From the IMG/VR virus record IMGVR_UViG_3300025108_000034: a stretch of 64,000 nt of DNA; one strand, given 5' to 3'. Below, one piece after another: positions 19,634 to 28,273 of the stretch. This stretch comes from an uncultured virus (IMG/VR IMGVR_UViG_3300025108_000034). Its lineage: Duplodnaviria; Heunggongvirae; Uroviricota; Caudoviricetes. The notes beneath the pieces were generated by a model. That model saw only the letters and a program-made list of their open reading frames with translations, was not told the origin of the DNA and searched no databases. Position 1 is the stretch's first letter. The number at the start of each line of letters is the position of its first letter. The position numbers were made by a program, and so were the translations under genes.

Positions 19634-21166
19634 ATGGCTGATCTTACTGCTCCCATCAAGCCCAAGAAAAGCAGTGTAGCTAGTGAGGTTCCATCGTCCT
19701 CTGATCTTGAAGTTGCAGAACTTGCTGTAAATACAGCCGATGGAAAACTTTTTGTTAAGCATACTGATAATTCCATAAGAGAGATTAGTGGTGGTGGTGG
19801 CGCTGCCACTCTAGGCGCTCTAAATGACGTCAATACAACAAATCCCTCGCCAGCTTTCTCGGCTGATTTCGAGGGGCTTTACCCGTATGTTACAAAAACA
19901 GGCAGCGCGAGCACAGATCAAGCCAAGACTGGTACTACTTCATTCAAAGGAACCGATTCTTATGGGTCCCTAGATTTTGGAACAGTTCTTCAGTCTACTA
20001 CGAAACGATATGACTGTTGGTCCTTTTGGGTCTATAACACCAATGCTCTTGATTCAACCTATAGAGTTTCACTAGGCGGCACGTTGCCATCTCTTAGTTC
20101 CGGTGCTGGCTACAGTATTTATACTAGAGATACTGGCTTTGGCCTATACAGTAACAATACTTTTAATGAAGTCGGAACTCGCCCTACCATAGCAGCAAAC
20201 CAGTGGCATCATTTTGCAGTGCAAGTTGACTTTGGGTCATCGAGTGGATTGACTAGAGTTCCGGCCTCGGTGTCTGTTTGGGTTGACGGCAGTATTGCTG
20301 TGATCAACGAGACGTGGCCTCAAGCATTGGCTGCTTATTCAACAGAGTCTCAGGTCTTGAAATATGCTTGGGCTAGTTCGAGCTCGGGTACGAGTCACAA
20401 CAAATACTATGACGATTTAAGGATTTGCCAGACAGATAGTCCGATTACTTCGATGACTACTTCAACAATTGTAGAAGCAGATTATGACGCAGCTGTTGAC
20501 GCAGTCCAAGTAGATCTTCTTCCTCTTATGGGGTTAGTATATAATGGGAACAAATGGGTGCCTGGATGGCCAAGATTCTATCCTCCAGCCGATGGAAGTC
20601 TTGCCTATAGCGTACTCGAAGGAACAAGTTATTCTTCGGGATCTCTTGAAATTACTGATTTAGATCAGATTCCTTTTTCTAGTGCAGACGTCCCATCGGG
20701 AGAAGAGTGGAAGGTTTATGCTAGCTCTACATATGGAGCGGGAGTTTACACTACGGATAGTTCAGACTCCTGTTATTTCAATGTACATCCTACGAAAGGA
20801 GCCGGAGTAACTGCTACTAGCGGGGTCTGCTTGCGTATAGGAGGTGTGAACTCGGCTACTGACAACACTCCTGAAGTGCGATTTGAATCTGGTGACGGTA
20901 GAGCATCTACCCCTACAGGTAATTATTTAGGCTTTAAACTCCCCTCATCATACAGCGTCGATCAGACTTACACACTGCCTTTAGTCGACGGCTCTTCAGA
21001 TGAGGTATTGACGACTAATGGCAGTGGAGTCTTGTCATGGTCAAACCCTAGAGCAGCTTTGGGGATTGGAGAATATGCAGACGATGCAGCGGCTGGCACT
21101 GGCGGCGTCACTTCTGGTGCTATGTATTACAACACCACATCATCAGATTATCGCCTCAAATCCTGA
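19634..21166 (+). CDS. Tail fibre protein with LamG/concanavalin-like domain (chain A, part 3)
   Basis: 'ELAVNTADGKLF'; 'NQWHHFAV...VWVDG...YYDDLRI' LamG-like pattern. Confidence 0.8.
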   Translation: MADLTAPIKPKKSSVASEVPSSSDLEVAELAVNTADGKLFVKHTDNSIREISGGGGAATLGALNDVNTTNPSPAFSADFEGLYPYVTKTGSASTDQAKTGTTSFKGTDSYGSLDFGTVLQSTTKRYDCWSFWVYNTNALDSTYRVSLGGTLPSLSSGAGYSIYTRDTGFGLYSNNTFNEVGTRPTIAANQWHHFAVQVDFGSSSGLTRVPASVSVWVDGSIAVINETWPQALAAYSTESQVLKYAWASSSSGTSHNKYYDDLRICQTDSPITSMTTSTIVEADYDAAVDAVQVDLLPLMGLVYNGNKWVPGWPRFYPPADGSLAYSVLEGTSYSSGSLEITDLDQIPFSSADVPSGEEWKVYASSTYGAGVYTTDSSDSCYFNVHPTKGAGVTATSGVCLRIGGVNSATDNTPEVRFESGDGRASTPTGNYLGFKLPSSYSVDQTYTLPLVDGSSDEVLTTNGSGVLSWSNPRAALGIGEYADDAAAGTGGVTSGAMYYNTTSSDYRLKS

Positions 21167-21196
21167 TCGGTACACTAGCCCAGGTTGCTGTTAGGA

Positions 21197-21553
21197 ATGA
21201 ACATCAGGGAAGAGCTGAAATCAGCTGAAGTATATCCTACTGGTCCGGTCTCTGCCTGGCCAAAGGAGCGCCATGACGATCTTCTGGTCCGAATGAATGG
21301 TAAGACGTCTAAGCCCGTAAAGGCTACCTTCAATGATATGGCTAAAGGTCTCATGAAAACGACCGGCCAAGCCATTCGCCATGGTAAAGTTAGCGGTAAA
21401 ATCAGGGAAGAACGTTACGCCACCTGTAAGGAATGCCCTTACTTTTTAGAAGAAAGCAAGCGCTGCTCTGAATGTGGCTGTTTCATGGAAGCAAAGACTT
21501 GGGTTGGTGGTAATCCTGACGAGCTATGCCCCAAGAAGAAGTGGAGCAGGTAG
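21197..21553 (+). CDS. Zinc-binding protein (CxxC...CxxCGC...CP..KW)
   Basis: 'RYATCKECP...RCSECGCFM..K...CPKKKW'; late motif at 21169. Confidence 0.65.
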   Translation: MNIREELKSAEVYPTGPVSAWPKERHDDLLVRMNGKTSKPVKATFNDMAKGLMKTTGQAIRHGKVSGKIREERYATCKECPYFLEESKRCSECGCFMEAKTWVGGNPDELCPKKKWSR

Positions 21554-21730
21554 ATGACTGCTATCTGTCCAAATACTGGTGACATGACAACTTGCAATAA
21601 AAAGCCTCGTTGCAAGTGGGGTGAATGTGAAGGGCAAAGTTTGCCAGCTGATCCAGCAGACTACTGCCCAGCTGGTTATACCTTTAGGGAGGATTACTGC
21701 GATTGCCTTTCTGATGGGATTGGGCCTTGA
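21554..21730 (+). CDS. Small cysteine-rich protein (58 aa, MTAICPNT...)
   Basis: Translated by hand; ATG directly follows the previous stop. Confidence 0.55.
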   Translation: MTAICPNTGDMTTCNKKPRCKWGECEGQSLPADPADYCPAGYTFREDYCDCLSDGIGP

Positions 21731-21781
21731 TTGGCATACTACGTCGAACTATTCAATCAGGCGTGATGCCTGGCTTTCGAC

Positions 21782-22507
21782 ATGGCTGACGAGAACACGA
21801 CTCCCGAGACGGAAGTTAGCACTCCTCAAAACTCTAACACCAATGACGACATGATGCCTCGTTCGGAGGCTGAGAATCTTTTGAAGGCTCTCAAGGCTGA
21901 GCGTGAGTCAAGAAAACAATACGAAAAGCAGGTTAAAGAGCAAGCTGCTCAACTAGAGCGTTTCGCCGACGTAAATCCAGATGAGTGGACTTCAATGCAA
22001 GCCGAAGCTGCTAAAGGTGCTCAGTTGCAAGCTCAATTCGGTGAGGCCAAAGAGGCTATCGAATTAAAATACAGTAAACAGGCTGAGGCAGCTGCAATCG
22101 AAGCTACTGCAGCAAAAAATGCCCTTGCTGATTATCAGAAGAAGTACGCTTTGGAAAAAGTGTTTCACGAAGCAGGTGGCCGTACAGATGCAGCTGATGG
22201 CGTAAGTTTCTTTGACATGATGGCCCAGCAGATCGGTGGTAACTTCCGCCAAGAGGCTGACGGTTCGTTGACAGTCATCGATGCAGCTGGCGATCCAGTT
22301 CTTGACAAAGAGTCTGGCAAGCGTATCTCAGCAGCGGACTTCATCGGATCGTACAAAGTGCATCCTATCTATGGCACTTTTTTTAAAGGCACTAAAGGAG
22401 CTGGAGCTGGCATCGGCTATGGCGGCACAGACGCTAACGGAATGCCTTCCGAAGACCTGTCAAGCTTGTCTTCGACGGAGCTGTTCCAGCGTGCATTCGG
22501 CAGTTAA
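21782..22507 (+). CDS. Capsid scaffolding protein
   Basis: Coiled-coil, acidic, 'LLKALKAERE', Gly-rich tail; directly upstream of the major capsid gene. Confidence 0.8.
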   Translation: MADENTTPETEVSTPQNSNTNDDMMPRSEAENLLKALKAERESRKQYEKQVKEQAAQLERFADVNPDEWTSMQAEAAKGAQLQAQFGEAKEAIELKYSKQAEAAAIEATAAKNALADYQKKYALEKVFHEAGGRTDAADGVSFFDMMAQQIGGNFRQEADGSLTVIDAAGDPVLDKESGKRISAADFIGSYKVHPIYGTFFKGTKGAGAGIGYGGTDANGMPSEDLSSLSSTELFQRAFGS

Positions 22508-22532
22508 GTATTGAGGTCTTAAGTGAATATTC

Positions 22533-22560
22533 AACGGAGTCTTTTTGGCTCCGTTTTTAT
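22533..22560 (+). terminator. Rho-independent terminator
   Basis: AACGGAGT...GCTCCGTT followed by TTT. Confidence 0.7.
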
Positions 22561-22580
22561 TGATATCGGTACTCTAGTAT

Positions 22581-22665
22581 TAGCAGCCCAGAAAGGAAAC
22601 TCTGAGATGGAGTGGACTGGAAGGGTGCGATTGCCGAAGCTACTGTGACAGTATCTGAAGCGCTA
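22581..22665 (+). promoter_or_regulatory. Structured 5' leader of the major capsid gene with three GNGAY-loop hairpins
   Basis: ACTCT-GAGAT-GGAGT, GGT-GCGAT(T)-GCC, TACT-GTGAC-AGTA, enclosed by TAGC(A)GC/GCGCTA. Confidence 0.6.
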
Positions 22666-22702
22666 ACACCCAATCTTTGTTCAATCATCTTTAGGAAACA
22701 AA

Positions 22703-23584
22703 ATGGCACTTACTCTGCTTGAAGCTCAGAAACACGCCTCTACTCCACAAGAGTTGGCTGTTGTGACTGAACTGGCCGCTGGTCAGCTCATGTCCGTACT
22801 CCCCTTCCGCTCTATTGAAGGCAATGGCCTTTTCTGGAAGCGTGAAGAGAGTCTCCCTAACGTGGGATTCCGCAATTATAATGGCGCTCTTGCCGAAAGT
22901 TATGGCGAAGTCAGTCAGCAATCTGAGAGCCTAAAGCTCTTTGGTGGTGACATCAAAGTTGACCGCGCTATCGTCGAGCTTGAAGGAGCCGAAGCAAAGG
23001 CTTATCAAATTCAGTCTCGTGTTCGCGCTATGCGCATGGCCTGGGAAGGCTTGTTCATCAACGGCGACTCCAATCAGTCTCCTTCCGAATTCGACGGCCT
23101 TGCCGCTCGTCTCGGCACAGGCTCTAGTCAGTACAAGGCTGTCGGCGGTGCTTTGACTGAAGGCGTTCTTGACGAAGCCCTTGACAACGTTGACGCTCAA
23201 GGTGGCTCTAAGTACATCATTATGTCCAAGTCCATGCGTCGCAAGCTTAGCAGCTTGGCTCGTGGCAACGGCCAAATCGAGATCTCTCGTAATGAGTACG
23301 GCTATCAGCAGACCAGCTACATGGGCGTACCTGTCCTTGAGTTGGACCGCGATCATCAGAACGTCGCTATCCTCGATGGCAACATTGCCAGCCAGGACGT
23401 CTACGTCGTTTCTTTCGGCCCTGACCAGTTGACCGGTATCCAGAACGGCGCAGTAGGCGTCCGTGAGCTCGGCGAGTCATTTGATCAGCCTCAGCTCGTG
23501 ACTCGCGTTGAATGGTATTGCGGATTGGCCCTTATCAATGGTCGCGCAGCCTATCGTCTCGCAACTGTTGACGCAACTATCTGA
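22703..23584 (+). CDS. Major capsid protein (HK97 fold)
   Basis: 293 aa, 'LPFRSIEGN...FRNYN...GGDIKVDRAI...EFDGL...RVEWYCGLA'; codon usage typical of high expression; strong terminator follows. Confidence 0.9.
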   Translation: MALTLLEAQKHASTPQELAVVTELAAGQLMSVLPFRSIEGNGLFWKREESLPNVGFRNYNGALAESYGEVSQQSESLKLFGGDIKVDRAIVELEGAEAKAYQIQSRVRAMRMAWEGLFINGDSNQSPSEFDGLAARLGTGSSQYKAVGGALTEGVLDEALDNVDAQGGSKYIIMSKSMRRKLSSLARGNGQIEISRNEYGYQQTSYMGVPVLELDRDHQNVAILDGNIASQDVYVVSFGPDQLTGIQNGAVGVRELGESFDQPQLVTRVEWYCGLALINGRAAYRLATVDATI

Positions 23585-23611
23585 TTCCGATCAGGTGGCA
23601 CCCCGCGATAT

Positions 23612-23632
23612 AGCCCCTACGGGGGCTTTTTT
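23612..23632 (+). terminator. Rho-independent terminator
   Basis: AGCCCC-TACG-GGGGCT followed by TTTT. Confidence 0.8.
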
Positions 23633-23730
23633 ATTGCAAGTAGGTAACCTAATCTGTAAGTTGAGCAGCTACCGTTCCTTCGTAGCATGATTCAACATTT
23701 CTTCACCTCTAATCTCTAAGGAGTTCAACA

Positions 23731-24084
23731 ATGGCACAACGTTCTACAGGTGTATTTCCACGCGAAGGTTTTAACCTTGACAGCAGCACCGAAATCACCA
23801 CTTCTGCCGTAGCAGCTGCAACTACTCTTGCTAACGCTAAGACAATCCGCGTTATCGTTCTTGGAGCCGCTAGCATCGACGACGCTGGCACCAACAAAGT
23901 AACCGTGGACCTTGGCAATCAAGTGGTCACATTCAATCTTGCCGACCTCGACAAAAATGGTGTTGGCATCGCTCACGTTCGCGGTGCTCTTTGCGACGGC
24001 GACAACAATGTTCAGTACACTCTTGGCGGAACCGCTACAGTGGCTGGCGTCTTCTACGAGCTCGTCGACGGGCCTCGTCGCTGA
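23731..24084 (+). CDS. Putative capsid decoration/cement protein
   Basis: 117 aa after the capsid gene, with AAGGAG RBS, own late motif (23643) and a terminator at 24108-24130. Confidence 0.6.
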   Translation: MAQRSTGVFPREGFNLDSSTEITTSAVAAATTLANAKTIRVIVLGAASIDDAGTNKVTVDLGNQVVTFNLADLDKNGVGIAHVRGALCDGDNNVQYTLGGTATVAGVFYELVDGPRR

Positions 24085-24164
24085 TCCCCGTTTTAACGGA
24101 AAGACATAAAGGGCTTCGGCCCTTTTTTTTATGCTTGGAAACCTATTTGGAATCAGGGGCAATT

Positions 24165-24524
24165 ATGCATCTCAAGAAGTTACCTACTTACTTTGTTAAA
24201 GGGCAAGAACGATTGGCTGCGTATTATACCGTTCAAGCTCGTGAATTGCTTCAGGCTGGATACGTGGAAGAAGGCGAAAAGGCTGAACCCCGGAAGCCCA
24301 TTGAAAGGCAGCCAGAGATCTTGGTAGAAGTTGGCGGAACTGCCTACGACCCTATCAGCTCACAACAAGAGCCTCAAGCCGAGGAAGGGGACCTTGACGG
24401 CATGACGAAAGCCGAGCTCCTCGACTGGGCTGAAGCCGAAGGCCAAGATGTCAAGAGTACTTTGTCAAAAGCTGAGATCCTCAAGGCCTGTAAGGAAATC
24501 CAATTTAACGGTAACGTACTTTAG
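24165..24524 (+). CDS. Protein with C-terminal HeH/Rho-N-like motif
   Basis: 'LDGMTKAELLDWAEAEG..VKSTLSKAEIL'; late motif at 24137. Confidence 0.65.
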   Translation: MHLKKLPTYFVKGQERLAAYYTVQARELLQAGYVEEGEKAEPRKPIERQPEILVEVGGTAYDPISSQQEPQAEEGDLDGMTKAELLDWAEAEGQDVKSTLSKAEILKACKEIQFNGNVL

Positions 24525-24536
24525 ACCCTTAGTCTT

Positions 24537-24710
24537 ATGGAAGTAGTCTATTCATCAGGCCCTCGCTATCTAGACGGCGTCAATATCGACGCTGACGTTA
24601 ACGCGGCTCATGCCAAAGGGCAAGAGATCAAGATTTCGGACCCGGTCACTGGCCTCTCTGGCCTTGGATACGAACCTGGCCAGAAAAACAGAGACGAGAG
24701 TGAATTGTGA
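24537..24710 (+). CDS. Small hypothetical protein (57 aa, MEVVYSSGPRY...)
   Basis: Translated by hand; motif variant at 24510. Confidence 0.5.
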   Translation: MEVVYSSGPRYLDGVNIDADVNAAHAKGQEIKISDPVTGLSGLGYEPGQKNRDESEL

Positions 24711-24900
24711 ATTCTATTTCCAGCCACGAAAGGCTCACGGCTAGATTAACTCTTCTGAGTTGGGGTTCTGTATGTTTTTTCGCTGGAATGAGTACATCGA
24801 TGTTTCTTATTTGGGGATTTCACGGAAATCTTATGCATAACTCGGAGACACGAAGCAAGCAAAGTTTACAGGTAATCTATTCTCAGGGAGAGGTTTTACC

Positions 24901-25281
24901 GTGCCAGAATCGATTCTAGTAATGCTGGCAACCACTCTTGTGGGATGGGGGACATTCACTTGGAAAAGGGCGGAAGAAGCTTTAGTCGTAGCTCAACGAG
25001 CTGTTGTCTCAACCGACAGGCTTGAGGTAAAACTTGCTGAAAAATATGTAACAAAAGAAGACTTCAGATCTTCTATTAATGCCGTAATGCAAGAGTTCAC
25101 TCGGACACGAGAAGATATCAAAGATGGTTTTTCTCAGATTAGGGGAGAATACAAAGAATCATACGATCAGCTTGGCGAGTCTTTAAATCGTCTTGAAGAT
25201 AAAGTAGTTTATCATGTAGACGTACAAGCAAAAGAAGCTAGCGACCTTCGTAGAAAACTTGAGCAAAGAGGTCAAAACTAA
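24901..25281 (+). CDS. Membrane-anchored coiled-coil protein (possibly lysis-related)
   Basis: N-terminal TM segment, then 'LAEKYVTKEDF...LNRLEDKV'. Confidence 0.6.
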   Translation: MPESILVMLATTLVGWGTFTWKRAEEALVVAQRAVVSTDRLEVKLAEKYVTKEDFRSSINAVMQEFTRTREDIKDGFSQIRGEYKESYDQLGESLNRLEDKVVYHVDVQAKEASDLRRKLEQRGQN

Positions 25282-25544
25282 TGGCAGCAAATTCTCGTAC
25301 TGCAAAGTATTACGCGAGCAGTTCTAGAGCTCGTGCCAAGAAGAAAAAGTATGACACTGTTTATCATTCGACAACTGAAAGGAAGAGGTATAGAGCAGCA
25401 TTAAACGCTGCCCGAAAGAAGCGCAAGATATACGGGAAAGGGGGCAAAGATTTGTCTCATACAAAGTCTGGAAAGCTAGTAAGAGAATCTGCTTCGAGAA
25501 ACCGTGCTCGACAGGGTTCAAACGGCAAATCTACCTTAAAGTAG
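25281..25544 (+). CDS. Basic protein with degenerate HNH-like C-terminus
   Basis: K/R-rich; 'GKDLSHTK...ESASRNRAR'. Confidence 0.6.
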   Translation: MAANSRTAKYYASSSRARAKKKKYDTVYHSTTERKRYRAALNAARKKRKIYGKGGKDLSHTKSGKLVRESASRNRARQGSNGKSTLK

Positions 25545-25545
25545 C

Positions 25546-25929
25546 ATGAGTGTAGCAAAGAAAACGAAGCCAGCCCTTTGGCAATCCAAGGTTTCTGCAG
25601 CAAAGAGTAAGTTTGGCAAATGGTCTGCTCGCGCTGCTCAGTGGGCTACCAGCGAATACAAGAAGGCTGGCGGCGGATACAAAGGAGCAAAGTCTTCTGG
25701 CAACTCTCTGAGGAAATGGACGAAACAAAAATGGCGCACTCGTGATGGCAAGCCTGCCAAGAGGAGTGGAGGCACGGCTCGTTACCTGCCTGACAAGGCT
25801 TGGAAGGGCTTAAGTAAGTCCGAAGCAAGAGCTACTGATGCTAAAAAACGTCAAGGTGGTCGCAAAGGCAAGGGAACAGTACCTAACACTCGGAAAGCTA
25901 TGAAAGCTAGCAAACGCGCAAGGAGCTAA
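25546..25929 (+). CDS. Highly basic conserved phage protein
   Basis: 'GKWSARAAQ...YKKAGGGY...LRKWTKQKWRT...RYLPDKA'. Confidence 0.7.
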   Translation: MSVAKKTKPALWQSKVSAAKSKFGKWSARAAQWATSEYKKAGGGYKGAKSSGNSLRKWTKQKWRTRDGKPAKRSGGTARYLPDKAWKGLSKSEARATDAKKRQGGRKGKGTVPNTRKAMKASKRARS

Positions 25930-25933
25930 TTTC

Positions 25934-26053
25934 ATGCCTCTGATCAATGGTAAGCAGTTTCCCTACACCAAGAAGGGCAAAGCCGCAGCTAAAAAAGCCG
26001 CAGCTAAGAAAAATTCAACAAAGAAAGGTTCAACAAAAAAAGGCAAAAAGTAA
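25934..26053 (+). CDS. Tiny Lys/Ala-rich (histone H1-like) protein, 39 aa
   Basis: MPLINGKQFPYTKKGKAAAKKAAAKKNSTKKGSTKKGKK, translated by hand. Confidence 0.6.
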   Translation: MPLINGKQFPYTKKGKAAAKKAAAKKNSTKKGSTKKGKK

Positions 26054-26346
26054 TGGCTGGCAACAAAAAAGACGCTAGGCTTGTCAAGAACAACCTATCT
26101 AGCTTTAACAAGCCAAAAAGAACCCCAGGACATCCAACGAAAAGTCACGTCGTTCTTGCGAAAGAAGGCAACCGGACCAAACTAATTCGTTTTGGAGAAC
26201 AGGGAGCCAAGACAGCAGGCAAGCCTAGGGCTGGTGAGTCTGCGAAAAACAAGGCCAAGCGGAAAAGCTTTAAAGCTCGCCATGCCAAGAACATTGCCAA
26301 AGGCAAGATGTCAGCGGCTTACTGGGCTAACAGGGAAAAATGGTGA
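26053..26346 (+). CDS. Highly basic conserved phage protein
   Basis: 'NKPKRTPGHPTKSHVVLAKEG...IRFG...SFKARH...SAAYWA...KW'. Confidence 0.7.
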   Translation: MAGNKKDARLVKNNLSSFNKPKRTPGHPTKSHVVLAKEGNRTKLIRFGEQGAKTAGKPRAGESAKNKAKRKSFKARHAKNIAKGKMSAAYWANREKW

Positions 26347-26353
26347 GCTCTTA

Positions 26354-26548
26354 TTAGTTCCCACTATATGGCCAAGAAAGCTCAATGTCTCCTTGCCATA
26401 TATCAGGATCTATAGGGGTTTTTGCTACGTATTCACGAAAAAGCTGCTTCATTTCTGACAAAGAAATACCCGTCTCCTCTGCTATAGTTCTGACGTTCGA
26501 TTGACCTCGGAACAAAACAATCAAAGCCTCGTCAATCGTCGTCTTCAT
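26354..26548 (-). CDS. Small HTH-like protein
   Basis: 'NVRTIAEETGISLSEMKQLF'. Confidence 0.55.
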   Translation of the reverse strand: MKTTIDEALIVLFRGQSNVRTIAEETGISLSEMKQLFREYVAKTPIDPDIWQGDIELSWPYSGN

Positions 26549-26813
26549 CCAGCCAGGGGGCGCGTAACTCTATTTTACCACCAAGGAGTGTTTCTCCTGC
26601 TTTATCTTCATTAAACACAGGTGGAAATATTTCAGATTCTTCAAACATGCCTTGAATCTGTCGGTCCACATCTTTCATCGTTTTCTGGGTCTTCCACTCG
26701 ACCCAAAAGGAAAGCCAATTTTCGTGAATCTTACGCAAGATTGGATTTTGCCTATAAAGACCTTCTTCCCATAGAAGTCTAATAAGCTCTACGGAAAGGG
26801 CCTTCCAGACCAT
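26532..26813 (-). CDS. Hypothetical protein
   Basis: Start MVWKAL is coupled to the upstream small gene. Confidence 0.5.
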   Translation of the reverse strand: MVWKALSVELIRLLWEEGLYRQNPILRKIHENWLSFWVEWKTQKTMKDVDRQIQGMFEESEIFPPVFNEDKAGETLLGGKIELRAPWLDEDDD

Positions 26814-26814
26814 T

Positions 26815-26961
26815 TTACTTGTCAGTGTCACTTTTATGAGGGAACGCAATACGAAGAGCTTTTAGGATTGCGTCAGCTACACCGTTACCAGCAAGTGGAG
26901 TAAAGGGTAGAACCTCTGAGGCGATGAATAGCACAAGGCCAAGGATAAGAGTCGCTTCCAT
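26815..26961 (-). CDS. Small membrane protein, holin-like (48 aa)
   Basis: MEATLILGLVLFIASEVLPFTPLAGNGVADAILKAL..., translated by hand. Confidence 0.55.
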   Translation of the reverse strand: MEATLILGLVLFIASEVLPFTPLAGNGVADAILKALRIAFPHKSDTDK

Positions 26962-27023
26962 GATTAGTTTTTGTAGACACTAATATTCTGCCTATCGGCA
27001 TCCTAGCTGGAGACAAAGACGCT

Positions 27024-28244
27024 ATGATCCTTTCATCTGCTGATATTCTGCGTATTCTTCAAAGAAGTACGATCATCAGTGGTTCGGCTCGGATCTCTAT
27101 AGTCGACAACAATCCTGCTTTAAGCGGTAAAGAAGGACTTTTTGTTTATATCGAAAGATTTCCATCTGTCGAAGAGTTTGAAGTTACCTGGCGAATTTGG
27201 ATAGAGTCAGACGGAAGTGAACCAGACGATCTTGTCATCGAAGAGATGAAAAGATTACTTCCTAGATTTAAGATTCGACCGGGCTTGTTGATAGAAGCTT
27301 CCGTTACTGATTTTAAATCTAGAAATACGGAAGTCAGGCCTGAAGCCCCTAGTACACAGCCCTCTGTTGAGCTTGCGAACAAGGTTGAAAAGCGCTTTGC
27401 TGATCTGACTCAAGAGATACAAGACAGAATGCTGCTCGTTAATTCGGGTAGAAGTGGATCCGATGGTATTGATGGGAAGGACGGGTTACCGGGTCCAGCG
27501 GGACCTCCTGGTCGTGACGGCAAGGACTTGCTTGTCACTGATGCGGTCCTTAACGATCTCAATGACGTTGAGATTGCGGACACAATACCGCTCAAGAAAA
27601 GTCAAGTACTCACATATGATGGCTCTCGATGGACCAATCTATACATTCCTCGGCTAACATCTTCCTCTGGAGGCGGGGGGTCTTCCACGGTAATAACTGG
27701 CGGGAGCGGTACAACGATTGCCTGGATTGAGCATGACGAAACGGGGGAGCCACATAACCGCAAGTTTCACGTAAACAACACAGATATAACGCTGGTCACT
27801 GAAATACATGTTAGCAAAACAAATCAAGCAGGAAATGACGTTGAATTGCTCCTTGAAGCAATACTGCCTATAAGCGGACAGATCTATCTAACGCAAGTCA
27901 GTGATCCTTCTCAGGCTCATCTTTTTTCAATCACTAGTTATTCTGAAACGACTGATGGCTTCCTTCTAGTTGTAGCTCATGTCGAGACTCCCGGACCTGA
28001 ATCAGCTCTAATAGAAAACCAAGCATACAATTTTCTTTTCCTTTCGTCTTCAAGCGTATCAGGAGGTATCCCAGAGGCTCCTCAAGACGGCGGCTACTAC
28101 GTTCGAAGAAATGGGCAATGGGTTAATCTTAGCGTTGCATTGGGTGCATTTGACAACCGCGACTTCGATGGAGGTAACTTGACTACCGGTACATCTGACT
28201 CGATTGATAATGCACCGTTAGATGGCGGAGACTTTACGACCTAA
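27024..28244 (+). CDS. Collagen-repeat fibre/adaptor protein (chain B, part 1)
   Basis: G-X-Y run (GIDGKDGLPGPAGPPGRDGKD), 'IPEAPQDGGYYVRRNGQW', C-terminal DGG motifs. Confidence 0.75.
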   Translation: MILSSADILRILQRSTIISGSARISIVDNNPALSGKEGLFVYIERFPSVEEFEVTWRIWIESDGSEPDDLVIEEMKRLLPRFKIRPGLLIEASVTDFKSRNTEVRPEAPSTQPSVELANKVEKRFADLTQEIQDRMLLVNSGRSGSDGIDGKDGLPGPAGPPGRDGKDLLVTDAVLNDLNDVEIADTIPLKKSQVLTYDGSRWTNLYIPRLTSSSGGGGSSTVITGGSGTTIAWIEHDETGEPHNRKFHVNNTDITLVTEIHVSKTNQAGNDVELLLEAILPISGQIYLTQVSDPSQAHLFSITSYSETTDGFLLVVAHVETPGPESALIENQAYNFLFLSSSSVSGGIPEAPQDGGYYVRRNGQWVNLSVALGAFDNRDFDGGNLTTGTSDSIDNAPLDGGDFTT

Positions 28245-28273
28245 GGAATACTAATGAGATCAACGGAGTAGTC

